A stretch of 64,000 bases of DNA from Felis catus (taxonomy: Eukaryota). The first letter of the stretch is position 1. The number at the start of each line of letters is the position of its first letter. A program made the position numbers and the translations under genes. Positions 63,765 through 64,000 of the stretch are shown piece after piece. The notes below the pieces were generated by a model. That model worked only from the letters and a program-made list of their open reading frames with translations. It ran no database searches and was not told the origin of the DNA. Location of the stretch: contig NC_058369.1 of assembly GCF_018350175.1 (NCBI RefSeq), positions 6,076,001-6,140,000 of the forward strand, read 5' to 3'.

Positions 63765-64000
63765 CTCGGCTGTTTATGGGCTGCATGGTATCCTGTCCAC
63801 CTTCCGCCACCAAAAAAGGTTGAAGCCCTAACCTCTAGTTCCTCAGATTGTGACCTTATTTGGAAATGGAGTCGTTGCACATGCAATTAGTTAAGAGGAG
63901 GTCACACTGCAGTAGGGGTGGGCCTTTATGCAATGTGACTGGTATCCTGTCTTATGATGGCCTTGTGCAGACAAGGACACAGAGGAATGTCGTGTGATGA
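63765..64000 (+). mobile_element. MLT1 MaLR LTR, truncated by the window end
   Basis: ttgaagccctaacc...tgtgaccttatttggaaat...atgtgactggtatcct. Confidence 0.7.

Overview
Mammalian genomic DNA, GC-rich and with no prokaryotic features. The dense tRNA-derived Can-SINE/SINEC elements point to a carnivore, most likely a felid. The gene order matches human 19p13.2: 3' end of CLEC4G/LSECtin (+), complete FCER2/CD23 (+, 290 aa), TRAPPC5 (-, N-terminus in a 212-nt N gap), MCEMP1 (-), RETN/resistin (-, 110 aa) and STXBP2/Munc18-2 (-, 19 exons, 593 aa). Exon boundaries were read by hand and each complete CDS sums to a multiple of 3. Intergenic DNA holds about 35 Can-SINEs, L1/L2/MIR fragments, MaLR/ERV LTRs and hAT MITEs. 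The most notable signal is a 12-bp higher-order minisatellite at the end of FCER2 intron 8. It is in frame with the lectin exon and preceded by a phase-compatible splice acceptor, so it could encode a 111-aa mucin-like stalk in an undescribed CD23 isoform. Other signals: a GC donor on the CD23b exon, a tail-less EPN-type CD23, an MCEMP1 architecture resembling a headless C-type lectin, a solo LTR upstream of MCEMP1, and a divergent CTCF pair between RETN and STXBP2. Human comparisons are from recalled sequences, and repeat family names are by eye, not database hits.
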